The notes beneath the pieces are model-generated. The model made no database searches. It saw nothing but the letters and a program-made list of their open reading frames with translations, and had not been told where the DNA came from. DNA of 64,000 bases. Origin: an uncultured bacterium. GTDB lineage: Bacteria > Patescibacteriota > Patescibacteriia > Magasanikbacterales > UBA922. Made by a program: the position numbers and the translations under genes. How positions within the stretch are numbered: the stretch's first letter is position 1; each line of letters starts with the position of its first letter. Location: the NCBI GenBank assembly GCA_937861125.1, contig CALMAY010000038.1, positions 27,942 through 91,941 on the forward strand. The letters are read 5' to 3'. Shown here piece by piece: positions 24,063-32,500 of the stretch.

Positions 24063-24512
24063 TTATGAGAGTGCTTGGATATCTTTGAGTACTTCTGTCG
24101 GGTGCTCTTCTGCTTTGACTTTGGTGTAATGTTTAAGAATATTACCTGATTCATCAATGAGAAATGATTCTCGATTGATACCATGAAAAAGTCTTCCGTA
24201 TAAACTTTTTTCTTTCCATACACCGTATGCAGCGACGATAGTTCGGTCTGTATCAGCGAGGAGGGGGAAGTTGAGATGGAATTTCTCTGCAAATTTTTTG
24301 TGTGACGCAACATCATCACAGCTAACACCGATAACCTGCACCCCTTTACCCTGTAGATCATTGAGACTGTCTCTGAATCCGCAGGCTTCTTTGGTGCATC
24401 CAGGTGTGTCGTCCTTTGGGTAGAAGTAGAGCAATACTTTCTTTCCATTGTAGTCACTGAGTGAATGGAGGGTCCCATCTTGGTCTGGGAGGGTAAAATC
24501 AGGGGCTTTCAT
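24063..24512 (-). CDS. bcp: thiol peroxidase / peroxiredoxin Bcp
   Basis: Start trimmed to MKAPDFTLPDQDG. Also VLLYFYPKDDTPGCTKEAC. Confidence 0.85.
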   Translation of the reverse strand: MKAPDFTLPDQDGTLHSLSDYNGKKVLLYFYPKDDTPGCTKEACGFRDSLNDLQGKGVQVIGVSCDDVASHKKFAEKFHLNFPLLADTDRTIVAAYGVWKEKSLYGRLFHGINRESFLIDESGNILKHYTKVKAEEHPTEVLKDIQALS

Positions 24513-24557
24513 AAAGAGGAATGATTGTGTATGATATGGATTGATTGTAACAAACAT

Positions 24558-25418
24558 ATGCCAGAATTACCAGAGGTAGAAACCGTTCGTCGTGATTTAC
24601 AAAAACATATTGTACACAAGACAGTTGACCGTCTAACTTTGGGTAACACAAAAGTGATTCGTCCTACCCATGCGCGATTAAAAAAAGTACTGGTGGGAAA
24701 TAGTATTGCTGACGTACAAAGAGTGGGAAAATTATTGATAGTACAGCTCCGGAGCGGAGATGAGTCTATACTCATACATCTCAAGATGACGGGGCAGTTG
24801 ATCTATCGTGACCAAAAGATGGTGATTGCTGGTGGACATTCGCTATCAGAATCTATCCAATCACTTCCAAATAAACATACTCGTGCGGTGATTCATTTTA
24901 CTGATGGCTCTGAGTTGTTTTTCAATGACATGCGATTGTTTGCCTATCTCGCACTTGCAGATGAGAAAGAATTGATTCGAGTAAAACAGATGTATGGTAT
25001 TGAGCCAGGTACAGTTGCATTTACCAAAGAAGCATTTCAACATATTTTTGTACGACGAACTGCTCCGGTAAAAGCAGTGTTACTCAATCAAACATTGATT
25101 GCAGGGGTGGGAAATATTTATGCAGACGAGGCTTGTTTCCTTGCACATATTCTTCCAATGCGTCGATCCAATACATTGACCAAAAAAGAGATTGATCAGT
25201 TATGGAAGGCGACAGATAAGGTGATTCGGTTGGGGATAGAAAAACGTGGTACCACATTCAACCATTTTGTCGATGGTGATGGAAACAAGGGTGGATTTCT
25301 CCCATTTTTGCGTGTCTATGGCCGAGCAGGAAAACCGTGTAAAAAATGCAAAACACCAATAGTAAAAACATACTCGGCTGGACGTGGGACACACTATTGC
25401 CCACAGTGTCAAAAGTGA
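24558..25418 (+). CDS. mutM: formamidopyrimidine-DNA glycosylase
   Basis: Start trimmed to MPELPEVETVRRDL. C-terminal zinc finger CKKC...CPQCQK. Confidence 0.9.
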   Translation: MPELPEVETVRRDLQKHIVHKTVDRLTLGNTKVIRPTHARLKKVLVGNSIADVQRVGKLLIVQLRSGDESILIHLKMTGQLIYRDQKMVIAGGHSLSESIQSLPNKHTRAVIHFTDGSELFFNDMRLFAYLALADEKELIRVKQMYGIEPGTVAFTKEAFQHIFVRRTAPVKAVLLNQTLIAGVGNIYADEACFLAHILPMRRSNTLTKKEIDQLWKATDKVIRLGIEKRGTTFNHFVDGDGNKGGFLPFLRVYGRAGKPCKKCKTPIVKTYSAGRGTHYCPQCQK

Positions 25419-25429
25419 GAAAGAAGCGG

Positions 25430-25458
25430 TTGACAAAACGACGCATTTTTTGTATACT
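25430..25458 (+). promoter_or_regulatory. promoter TTGACA-N17-TATACT for tRNA-Thr(GGU)
   Basis: -35 at 25430-25435 and -10 at 25453-25458. The tRNA starts 19 nt after the -10. Confidence 0.65.
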
Positions 25459-25476
25459 CTCGTACACAAAATACAT

Positions 25477-25549
25477 GCCGTTGTAGCTCAGTTGGTAGAG
25501 CGTGTCCATGGTAAGGACAAGGTCTCGGGTTCGATCCCCGACAATGGCT
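25477..25549 (+). tRNA. tRNA-Thr (anticodon GGU), no encoded CCA
   Basis: Acceptor GCCGTTG/CAATGGC, anticodon arm TGTCC-ATGGTAA-GGACA, T arm TCGGG-TTCGATC-CCCGA. Confidence 0.9.
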
Positions 25550-25624
25550 CAAGTAAGCCCCGCTCTTCGTATCCGAAAGTGGGGCTTTCACTTATGTCTT
25601 TGAGCGTGCTATACTCTTATCTGT

Positions 25625-26905
25625 ATGTCTTCTCAAAAAGTACAATCACAACCATCATTTTTTACCTCCCTCTCTGTAGGGTGGTTTTTGGCTACACGTG
25701 ATTTGGCTCGGGCGAGTCGTTGGACGACATTGCTTATCATCTCTGTGATGACACTGACTTTTCTCAATCTTGTGGTGGTGTCTGGAATTTTGGTTGGACT
25801 TATCCAGGGGTCGGTTGATGCAAATAAACGACAGTACACGAGTGATATTTTTATCACAGAACCATTGAGCAAGGTGTATATTGAAGATAGTCGGCTGTTG
25901 GCAAGTACTGCTCGGGCGACAGAGGGTGTGATTGGTGTGACTGAACGATATCTCAGTAGTGCCAAAATCGAGGCGAATTATAAACGACAAGTGCAGGCGG
26001 ATGAGACGCGAGATACAGCCAATGCTTCGGTAGCCGGTATTTCTCCTGTGGATGAAGATATCGTGACAGGGCTGTCGTCTGAAATTGCAGAAGGTGAATA
26101 TCTCGAACCAGGTGAGACTGGATCTATTTTGATGGGTGCAGATTTGTTGTATAAATATAATCAAATTACCTCACCTGATATTCAGGTGCTTGATGAAGTT
26201 ACTATTGGTGACACTGTTCGGGTTACTATTGGAGACACAGTCAATGAGTTTGTTGTGAAAGGTATTTTGGATAGCAAACTGAGTGAAATTGACTTGCGTA
26301 TTTTTATGAATGAGGGTGAGTTACGTCAACTGATTAATCGACGTGCGACCAATGCGGATGAGATTGCGATCATGGTGGAGCCTGGCACTGATCTCGTACC
26401 AATTTTGGACACACTGCGGTCACTCTCTGGTCCTGATGGAGCACTCGTTCGTACTGCAGAAGAGGCTCAACCAAAATTCCTTCAGGATATCACTGCAACG
26501 TTTGCTATTTTGGGAAATGCGATTGGGTCTATCGGGTTGGCAGTCGCTTCGATCACTATTTTCATTGTGATTTTTGTCAACGCGATTACACGCCGTCGAT
26601 TTATTGGTATTCTCAAGGGTATCGGTATTACCTCCACTGCGATTCAGTGGTCATATATGTTTCAATCGTTATTTTATGCAGGGGCGGGTATTGCGATTGG
26701 TATGTGTCTCGTGTTTGGAGTACTCAAACCATTTTTTGCCGAGCATCCAATTGATTTCCCGTTCAGTGATGGTATCTTGGTTGCAACAATGGGTGGGACA
26801 CTGCTTCGTGCAGGATTGCTTTTGATTGCGACAGTGATTGCAGGATTTTTACCAGCAAAAATTGTTGTGCGTCAAAACACGCTCGATGCTATTTTGGGGA
26901 GATAA
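25625..26905 (+). CDS. ABC transporter permease (FtsX/MacB-type)
   Basis: N-terminal TM helix, large extracytoplasmic domain and a C-terminal three-TM FtsX-like block. Adjacent to its ATPase. Confidence 0.7.
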   Translation: MSSQKVQSQPSFFTSLSVGWFLATRDLARASRWTTLLIISVMTLTFLNLVVVSGILVGLIQGSVDANKRQYTSDIFITEPLSKVYIEDSRLLASTARATEGVIGVTERYLSSAKIEANYKRQVQADETRDTANASVAGISPVDEDIVTGLSSEIAEGEYLEPGETGSILMGADLLYKYNQITSPDIQVLDEVTIGDTVRVTIGDTVNEFVVKGILDSKLSEIDLRIFMNEGELRQLINRRATNADEIAIMVEPGTDLVPILDTLRSLSGPDGALVRTAEEAQPKFLQDITATFAILGNAIGSIGLAVASITIFIVIFVNAITRRRFIGILKGIGITSTAIQWSYMFQSLFYAGAGIAIGMCLVFGVLKPFFAEHPIDFPFSDGILVATMGGTLLRAGLLLIATVIAGFLPAKIVVRQNTLDAILGR

Positions 26906-26906
26906 T

Positions 26907-27596
26907 ATGAATATTATTGAAGCAAAACAACTGACAAAAGTGTATCATACGGGGGTGCTCGATGTGCATGCGCTCAAGGATGTTTCTTTGTCTATTGCAG
27001 AGGGTGAATTTGTGGCAATCACTGGACGGTCTGGTTCTGGTAAAAGTACACTGCTGTATCAGCTTGGTTTACTCGATCATCCGAGCAGTGGATCTGTACA
27101 GATAGATGGGATTGAGACGATTGGACTCTCTAGTGATCAGCGGACGGTGATGCGTCTTTCTGTGCTTGGATATGTGTTTCAGGATTATGCACTGATTCCA
27201 TCATTGACAGCGTTGGAAAATATTTTGGTACCACTGCTCATGCAGGGTGATGTATATGGTGTCGCGGAGCAAAAAGCCAAAGATGCACTGCAACGAGTGC
27301 GATTACTCGATCGTGCAAACAATTTACCGAGTCAGATGTCTGGTGGACAGCAACAGCGTGTTTCGATTGCGCGTGCGATTGCACATAGTCCAAAGATTGT
27401 CTTTGCAGATGAGCCAACAGCCAATTTGGATTCTGAAACATCTCGAGCAATTTTGGATACATTTTTGGATCTTCATACGCAGGGACAGACGATTGTGATG
27501 GTGACACACGAGCCAGAGTTTGCGGCCCTTGCGCAGCGAGAAATTATTATGTCAGATGGTGTTATTACCAATGTGATTACCCACAAATCATCCTAA
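26907..27596 (+). CDS. ABC transporter ATP-binding protein (MacB/LolD-like)
   Basis: Start trimmed to MNIIEAKQLTKVY. Walker A GRSGSGKST, signature MSGGQQQRVSIARA, Walker B IVFADEPT. Confidence 0.85.
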   Translation: MNIIEAKQLTKVYHTGVLDVHALKDVSLSIAEGEFVAITGRSGSGKSTLLYQLGLLDHPSSGSVQIDGIETIGLSSDQRTVMRLSVLGYVFQDYALIPSLTALENILVPLLMQGDVYGVAEQKAKDALQRVRLLDRANNLPSQMSGGQQQRVSIARAIAHSPKIVFADEPTANLDSETSRAILDTFLDLHTQGQTIVMVTHEPEFAALAQREIIMSDGVITNVITHKSS

Positions 27597-27604
27597 GTAC
27601 TACT

Positions 27605-28462
27605 ATGCCTATCATTGGTGCTCATGTCTCCGCAGCTGGCGGACTTCATAACTGTTTCAAAAACGCTTCAGATATCGGTGCTCAAGCGTTGCAGATTTTT
27701 GTTTCTTCACCGCGTGCATTTCAGGTCAAGGTGCCAACAGAAGAGATTGTCTCACAATTCAAACAAGCACAAAAAGAGACAAAGCTTGGTCCCGTCTTTG
27801 CACATGCAGCGTATTTGGTTAATCTCGCATCAGCGGATAAAAAAACACAAAACGCTGGGATACAAAGTTTGGTGGCACATCTCTCAATTTGCGAAACACT
27901 TGGGATTGTTGGGCTTGTTTTTCATCTGGGGTCCATTGCTAAAGGTGGAACAAAAGAAGAGGGAATTGCACGTACCGCAGAAGCAATGAACAAGGTACTT
28001 CAAAAAGTACCAGGGAAAAGTTTTTTGATTATGGAAAATTCCTCTGGTGGGGGAGGTAAGCTCGGGAATACACCAGAAGAAATCGGTGAGATGTTTCGTC
28101 TCGCCAACAATTCGCGTATTAAAGTGTGTCTGGATACTGCACATGCGTTTGCGGCGAACGAACTCGGTGAGAGTGTGACGGACAAAACAGTGGATTCGTT
28201 TGTCTCTCGTTGTGACACATCATTTGGGTGGGAGAATGTCGTCTGTATTCACTTCAATGATTCCAAAGTCGCTGCCGGAACATTTACTGATCGTCATGAA
28301 AACATTGGCGAGGGGTTGATTGGGACCAAAGGGTTAAAAGCAATTGCGTTGCATCCAAAAATGAAGAATCTTCCGCTTGTGATGGAGGTGCCTGGATTTG
28401 GAGACGATGGGTCAGATATGGAAAATATACAACGATTGAAAAACATATGTGGAATCAAATAA
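27605..28462 (+). CDS. nfo: endonuclease IV
   Basis: IGAHVS, AHAAYLVNLAS, VFHLGS, MENSSGGG, CLDTAHAFAA and HFNDSK...DRHENIGEG. Confidence 0.85.
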   Translation: MPIIGAHVSAAGGLHNCFKNASDIGAQALQIFVSSPRAFQVKVPTEEIVSQFKQAQKETKLGPVFAHAAYLVNLASADKKTQNAGIQSLVAHLSICETLGIVGLVFHLGSIAKGGTKEEGIARTAEAMNKVLQKVPGKSFLIMENSSGGGGKLGNTPEEIGEMFRLANNSRIKVCLDTAHAFAANELGESVTDKTVDSFVSRCDTSFGWENVVCIHFNDSKVAAGTFTDRHENIGEGLIGTKGLKAIALHPKMKNLPLVMEVPGFGDDGSDMENIQRLKNICGIK

Positions 28463-28890
28463 TACGTACAGTACAAATTTGTTCGTTCATGGTAGGAGTA
28501 TATCTGATAGGGTTGTATTTTACATATATTTATCCTGCGTTTGAGTTGTTTGTTTGGATGAGTCCGCTTATGCATACGTTGGGTGGGCTTGCTACTGCAT
28601 TTACTCTTGATCAGTTCTATCGTCAATGTAGTGTTAGGTGGAAGGTGCGTATTGAACCGGTGGGCGTGTATATGGTGTACCTCATTGCAATGACGGTCTG
28701 TGTGGGGGTGGTGTGGGAGATACATGAGTATCTTCATGATGTGCTCTTTGCTAGTGTTTGGCAACCGGGTATAGGAGATACACTTCTTGATTTGGTGATG
28801 GATACGGTTGGGGCAGTCCTGTATGTACTCTTTTTCTTGACAATAGAGCCTAAAAAGATACAAAAAACAAAAGGGAGAGGTAGGGCTTGA
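28447..28890 (+). CDS. hypothetical 4-TM membrane protein
   Basis: Track ORF with four hydrophobic segments; overlaps the nfo end by 16 nt. No motif recognised. Confidence 0.45.
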   Translation: MWNQIIRTVQICSFMVGVYLIGLYFTYIYPAFELFVWMSPLMHTLGGLATAFTLDQFYRQCSVRWKVRIEPVGVYMVYLIAMTVCVGVVWEIHEYLHDVLFASVWQPGIGDTLLDLVMDTVGAVLYVLFFLTIEPKKIQKTKGRGRA

Positions 28891-28915
28891 CAGATAGAGC
28901 TGTTTTTGCTATACT
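28887..28915 (+). promoter_or_regulatory. promoter TTGACA-N17-TATACT for rpmG and tRNA-Trp
   Basis: -35 at 28887-28892 and -10 at 28910-28915. Confidence 0.65.
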
Positions 28916-28969
28916 AAGGCACATATTGATTTGATTTTCTCTGTTTAGCTTTTTAATTTTTCCACGTGT

Positions 28970-29125
28970 ATGTCACAAGATAACATGATCAAAATGGAGT
29001 GTACGACTTGCAAAATGCCTCGTTATTTCTCCACAAAAAACAAGAAAAAACTCCGCAATCGTCTCGAGCTCAGTAAATACTGCAAAGTCTGCAAAGCGCA
29101 CGTCTTGCACAAAGAGACAAAGTAA
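28970..29125 (+). CDS. rpmG: 50S ribosomal protein L33 (51 aa; below the ORF-track cutoff)
   Basis: Hand translation: [51 protein letters not shown]. It has the CxxC...CxxC and LEL.KYC pattern. Confidence 0.85.
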   Translation: MSQDNMIKMECTTCKMPRYFSTKNKKKLRNRLELSKYCKVCKAHVLHKETK

Positions 29126-29133
29126 GTTACAAT

Positions 29134-29155
29134 AAAATCCCCGAAAGGGGATTTT
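29134..29155 (+). other. hairpin between rpmG and tRNA-Trp (possible partial terminator or processing signal)
   Basis: AAAATCCCC-gaaa-GGGGATTTT. Confidence 0.4.
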
Positions 29156-29184
29156 GAATATGGGCTCGTACTGAGCTCGTCGAA

Positions 29185-29258
29185 GGGCGCTTCGTATAAT
29201 GGTAGTACTACGGTCTCCAAAACCGTATGCGTAGGTTCGATTCCTACAGCGCCTGCCA
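29185..29258 (+). tRNA. tRNA-Trp (anticodon CCA), CCA encoded
   Basis: Acceptor GGGCGCT/AGCGCCT, anticodon arm ACGGT-CTCCAAA-ACCGT, T arm GTAGG-TTCGATT-CCTAC. Confidence 0.85.
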
Positions 29259-29263
29259 AAAAC

Positions 29264-29291
29264 AAAAAAGTAGCTTAGTTGCTACTTTTTT
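29264..29291 (+). terminator. terminator after tRNA-Trp
   Basis: AAAAAAGTAGC-ttagtt-GCTACTTTTTT. Confidence 0.75.
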
Positions 29292-29461
29292 GTTTTTTTG
29301 TCTGAGTATTTGTTGTGGTAGTATAAGTTATTTTTATTCTGTGGTAGGAGGATGTGTACGGACATGATTTTTGGTATATTGGATATAAAATAAGATGAAT
29401 GTAAAACTCTGTATATTTGTATAGGGTTTTTGCTACATGCACAATAAAAAGATAGGATAAG

Positions 29462-29470
29462 TTATCCACA
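29462..29470 (+). promoter_or_regulatory. perfect DnaA-box consensus TTATCCACA
   Basis: Exact 9-mer within GGATAA-G-TTATCC, about 90 bp upstream of the giant ORF. Confidence 0.4.
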
Positions 29471-29559
29471 AAAACATATTGTAAAGTATAAAACTGTGTT
29501 ATACTTCTACAGATAAATAATTTTATTATCCATCTTTGTTTTTAAGATAGCAGTTTTTT

Positions 29560-32500
29560 ATGTACACACCATTTTCTTGGTTGACTGGAGTAAACCCGAG
29601 ACATATTTTGCGCAGTACACTTGTTGTCCTGTCTTTTTTTATTGTGACAGGCGCAGTGTTGTATGCATATCAGCAGGTATTTGCCTTTTCTGGATCAGGA
29701 TCTGGTACTGCGGAAGATCCGTATATTATCATGACCTGTGAACAGCTCGCAGAAGTTGATAATGATTTAGCAGCACACTATCGTTTGGGTGATTATATTG
29801 GGTGTGGTGCTGAAAATTTTCCACTTGCTCGTGTGATGGATGGATCTGATTTGGACGCTGGGTTTGGCGGGTTTACTGGTGTGTTTGATGGAGATGGGTA
29901 TACAATTAGTTATCAAAAAAATGTACCAGCAGAAATCGATGACCAAAATTACCTCGGGTTGTTTGGGTATCTTAATGGTGCAACAATTAGAGATCTACAT
30001 ATTGTAGCTGGGTGGGAACAGGGACCTGGAGGTACTGATGTGTTGTATGGGGGAAGTTTTGTGGGTTCTCTGGCTGGAAAAGCAGTCAATACGCTGATTA
30101 TTAATGTAAGCGCATCAAATAACATCCAGAGTGCAAATACTACTGGAGGGTTGGTCGGACAGATGAACAACTCTCGTATTGTTGGAGGCTCATTTGAAGG
30201 AAGTATTGATGCCACATCACAAAGTGGTGGGTTGGTTGGTGAGGTATCTGGAAATTATGAGGGTGATTTGCCTGCTATAGAACAGTCATACACATTTGGT
30301 TCTTTTACGGCTGGGTGGGGTGTTGGTAATGTTGGAGGATTAGTTGGGTATATGACGACAGCAGAGATACTCAATTCGTATTCACAGATGGATGTAAATG
30401 CATATAACAATGTTGGTGGTTTGGTCGGAAATGCGATTGGGTCTAGTATTGTAAATGCGTATGCGTCAGGGAGTGTAACTGGAAATAACACTGTCGGTGG
30501 TTTGGTTGGAAGAGTATTTTCAAGTGGTTCGAGTATAGAAAATGCATTTGCAGCTGGTATCATTACTGGGTCTAGTTATATTGGAGGTGTGGTTGGTGGT
30601 GTAGGGGATTTTGGAGGTGATAATCCATCTTTTCTTTCTACGACAAACACGTACTGGGATGCAACGATGACTGGTATGAGTGAATGTAGTGGTTTAGCAG
30701 AAGAAACATGGGCTGGGTGTACGATGATTACACCTGGAGATCCGACGACATATTGGAAATTGGGTGGTGTTGAGCCGATGTTAACTTGGAATACTACAGA
30801 CATTTGGAATCTTGATTCCATGTCTAACTATCCTTGGTTATTTGCTTATACTGAACCTACATTTGCTAGTGGTACTGGTGTTGAAGGTGATCCATATGTT
30901 ATTACAAATTGCACACAACTTCAGTTGATGAACACGGTGCTGGATGCACATTTTGTGTTGGGAAGTGATATCGATTGTTTGGAGACAGAAGGGTGGAATG
31001 AAAATACAGCTGAGTGGGTAGATGGGGTGGTGGATGGAGAGTTGATTCCTGATAGTTACAATGATATTCCTGGTGTATATGGGGCAGTATCAAACAATGG
31101 ATACTATGGTTTTGAGCCAATTGGGTCCGACGGAGATCCGTTTACTGGCGTGTTTGATGGAGATGGATATACGATTAATGATTTGTGGATATTTCGAAAA
31201 GAACAAGATAATGTTGGTTTATTTGGCTATACTGCTGGCGCAACAATTGAAGATTTTGATTTAGTTGCAGCAGACATTGTTGGCGAGTCAAATGTGGGTG
31301 GCGTTGTAGGTACCATGGAAGATACGTCGATTTCTGATGTGACTATATTCGATAGTCATGTGCGAGCATATTTGAGTTATTACGGCGGAGGAATTGCCGG
31401 TATTATGATGGAAAATACTGGAACAAGCACTATCTCATATGTGACTATGTCTGGTGGTGGGGTGCATGGAAGTGGAAATATTATTGGTGGTTTGATTGGT
31501 AAAATGTATGATGGTATTCTCACATATGCTAATTCTTCTGCATCGGTGGATGGTGGATTTAGTATCGGTGGTGCGATTGGAGAAATGTCTACTGGTTCAG
31601 TGTCGTATGTTGATATAACGGGGTCAGTTCATTCAGATCGTACTGAAGGTGAATTTATTGCAAAATCTGGTGAAAATACAGGTGGATTTGTTGGATATAT
31701 GTATGAAGGGACTATCACTAGTTCTACTGCGAGCGGTGATGTGGAGTGTGAGGGTGGAAAGTGTGGTGGATTTATCGGATATGCTGCGAGTGGAAACGCG
31801 CTCATTACAAACTCTTCTGCCTCAGGTGATGTGACTGTTGTTGATGGGTTTTCACCGTCATACATTGGCGGATTTGCTGGGTATGTGGAAAACAGTGGAT
31901 ATAATTGGGAGGATCCGTATGTATATGGCGTTGAATGGGTAAATCTGTCTGCTGCTGGTTCTGTCTTTGCAACCTCTTCTGATTCTGTAGGTGGTTTTGC
32001 TGGGCGTGTCTACGGATATGATCTTTCTTCTGTATCTTCGACAGGTGGTGTGGTAATAGGTGATAGTTATGTCGGTGGTTTTGTTGGTGAGATATTTAAC
32101 TCCTCTGTGTCGTCGAGCACTGCTTCTTCTACTGTTACAGGTATGGATAACTATATTGGTGGCTTTGCTGGTTATTCAGGTTGTCAGAGTCGGTTTACTC
32201 GGTCACAAGCTTTTGGAGATGTGTTTGGTGCTGCTGCGGTAGGTGGTTTTTCTGGCGCAGATGGATGTGAGGGGTATGGATCGACGTTTACAGAGGTGTA
32301 TACAACAGGTGATGTGGTTGCGTCTGTAGTTGCAGCTGGAGGTTTGATCGGAGAAGCATATTTAACTACAGTAGAGCGCTCGTATGCGTTGGGAAATGTT
32401 ACTGCGACAGGAGATAATGTGGGTGGATTGATTGGACAAATGATTGGGTATGATGGGTATGAACATTCGTCTGTGACAGATTCATACGCTCGAGGGAATG

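Noticed and set aside
23882-24478. 198-aa minus-strand ORF overlapping bcp and the DUF378 gene's 3' end
   Set aside because: It is in an alternative frame to a clear Bcp peroxiredoxin and crosses a bidirectional terminator.
29293-29559. AT-rich region with a DnaA box as the chromosomal origin (oriC)
   Set aside because: There is only one consensus box, no cluster of boxes, no AT-rich 13-mer array that I could define, and no dnaA, dnaN or gyrB nearby. The three boxes are 7-10 kb apart.
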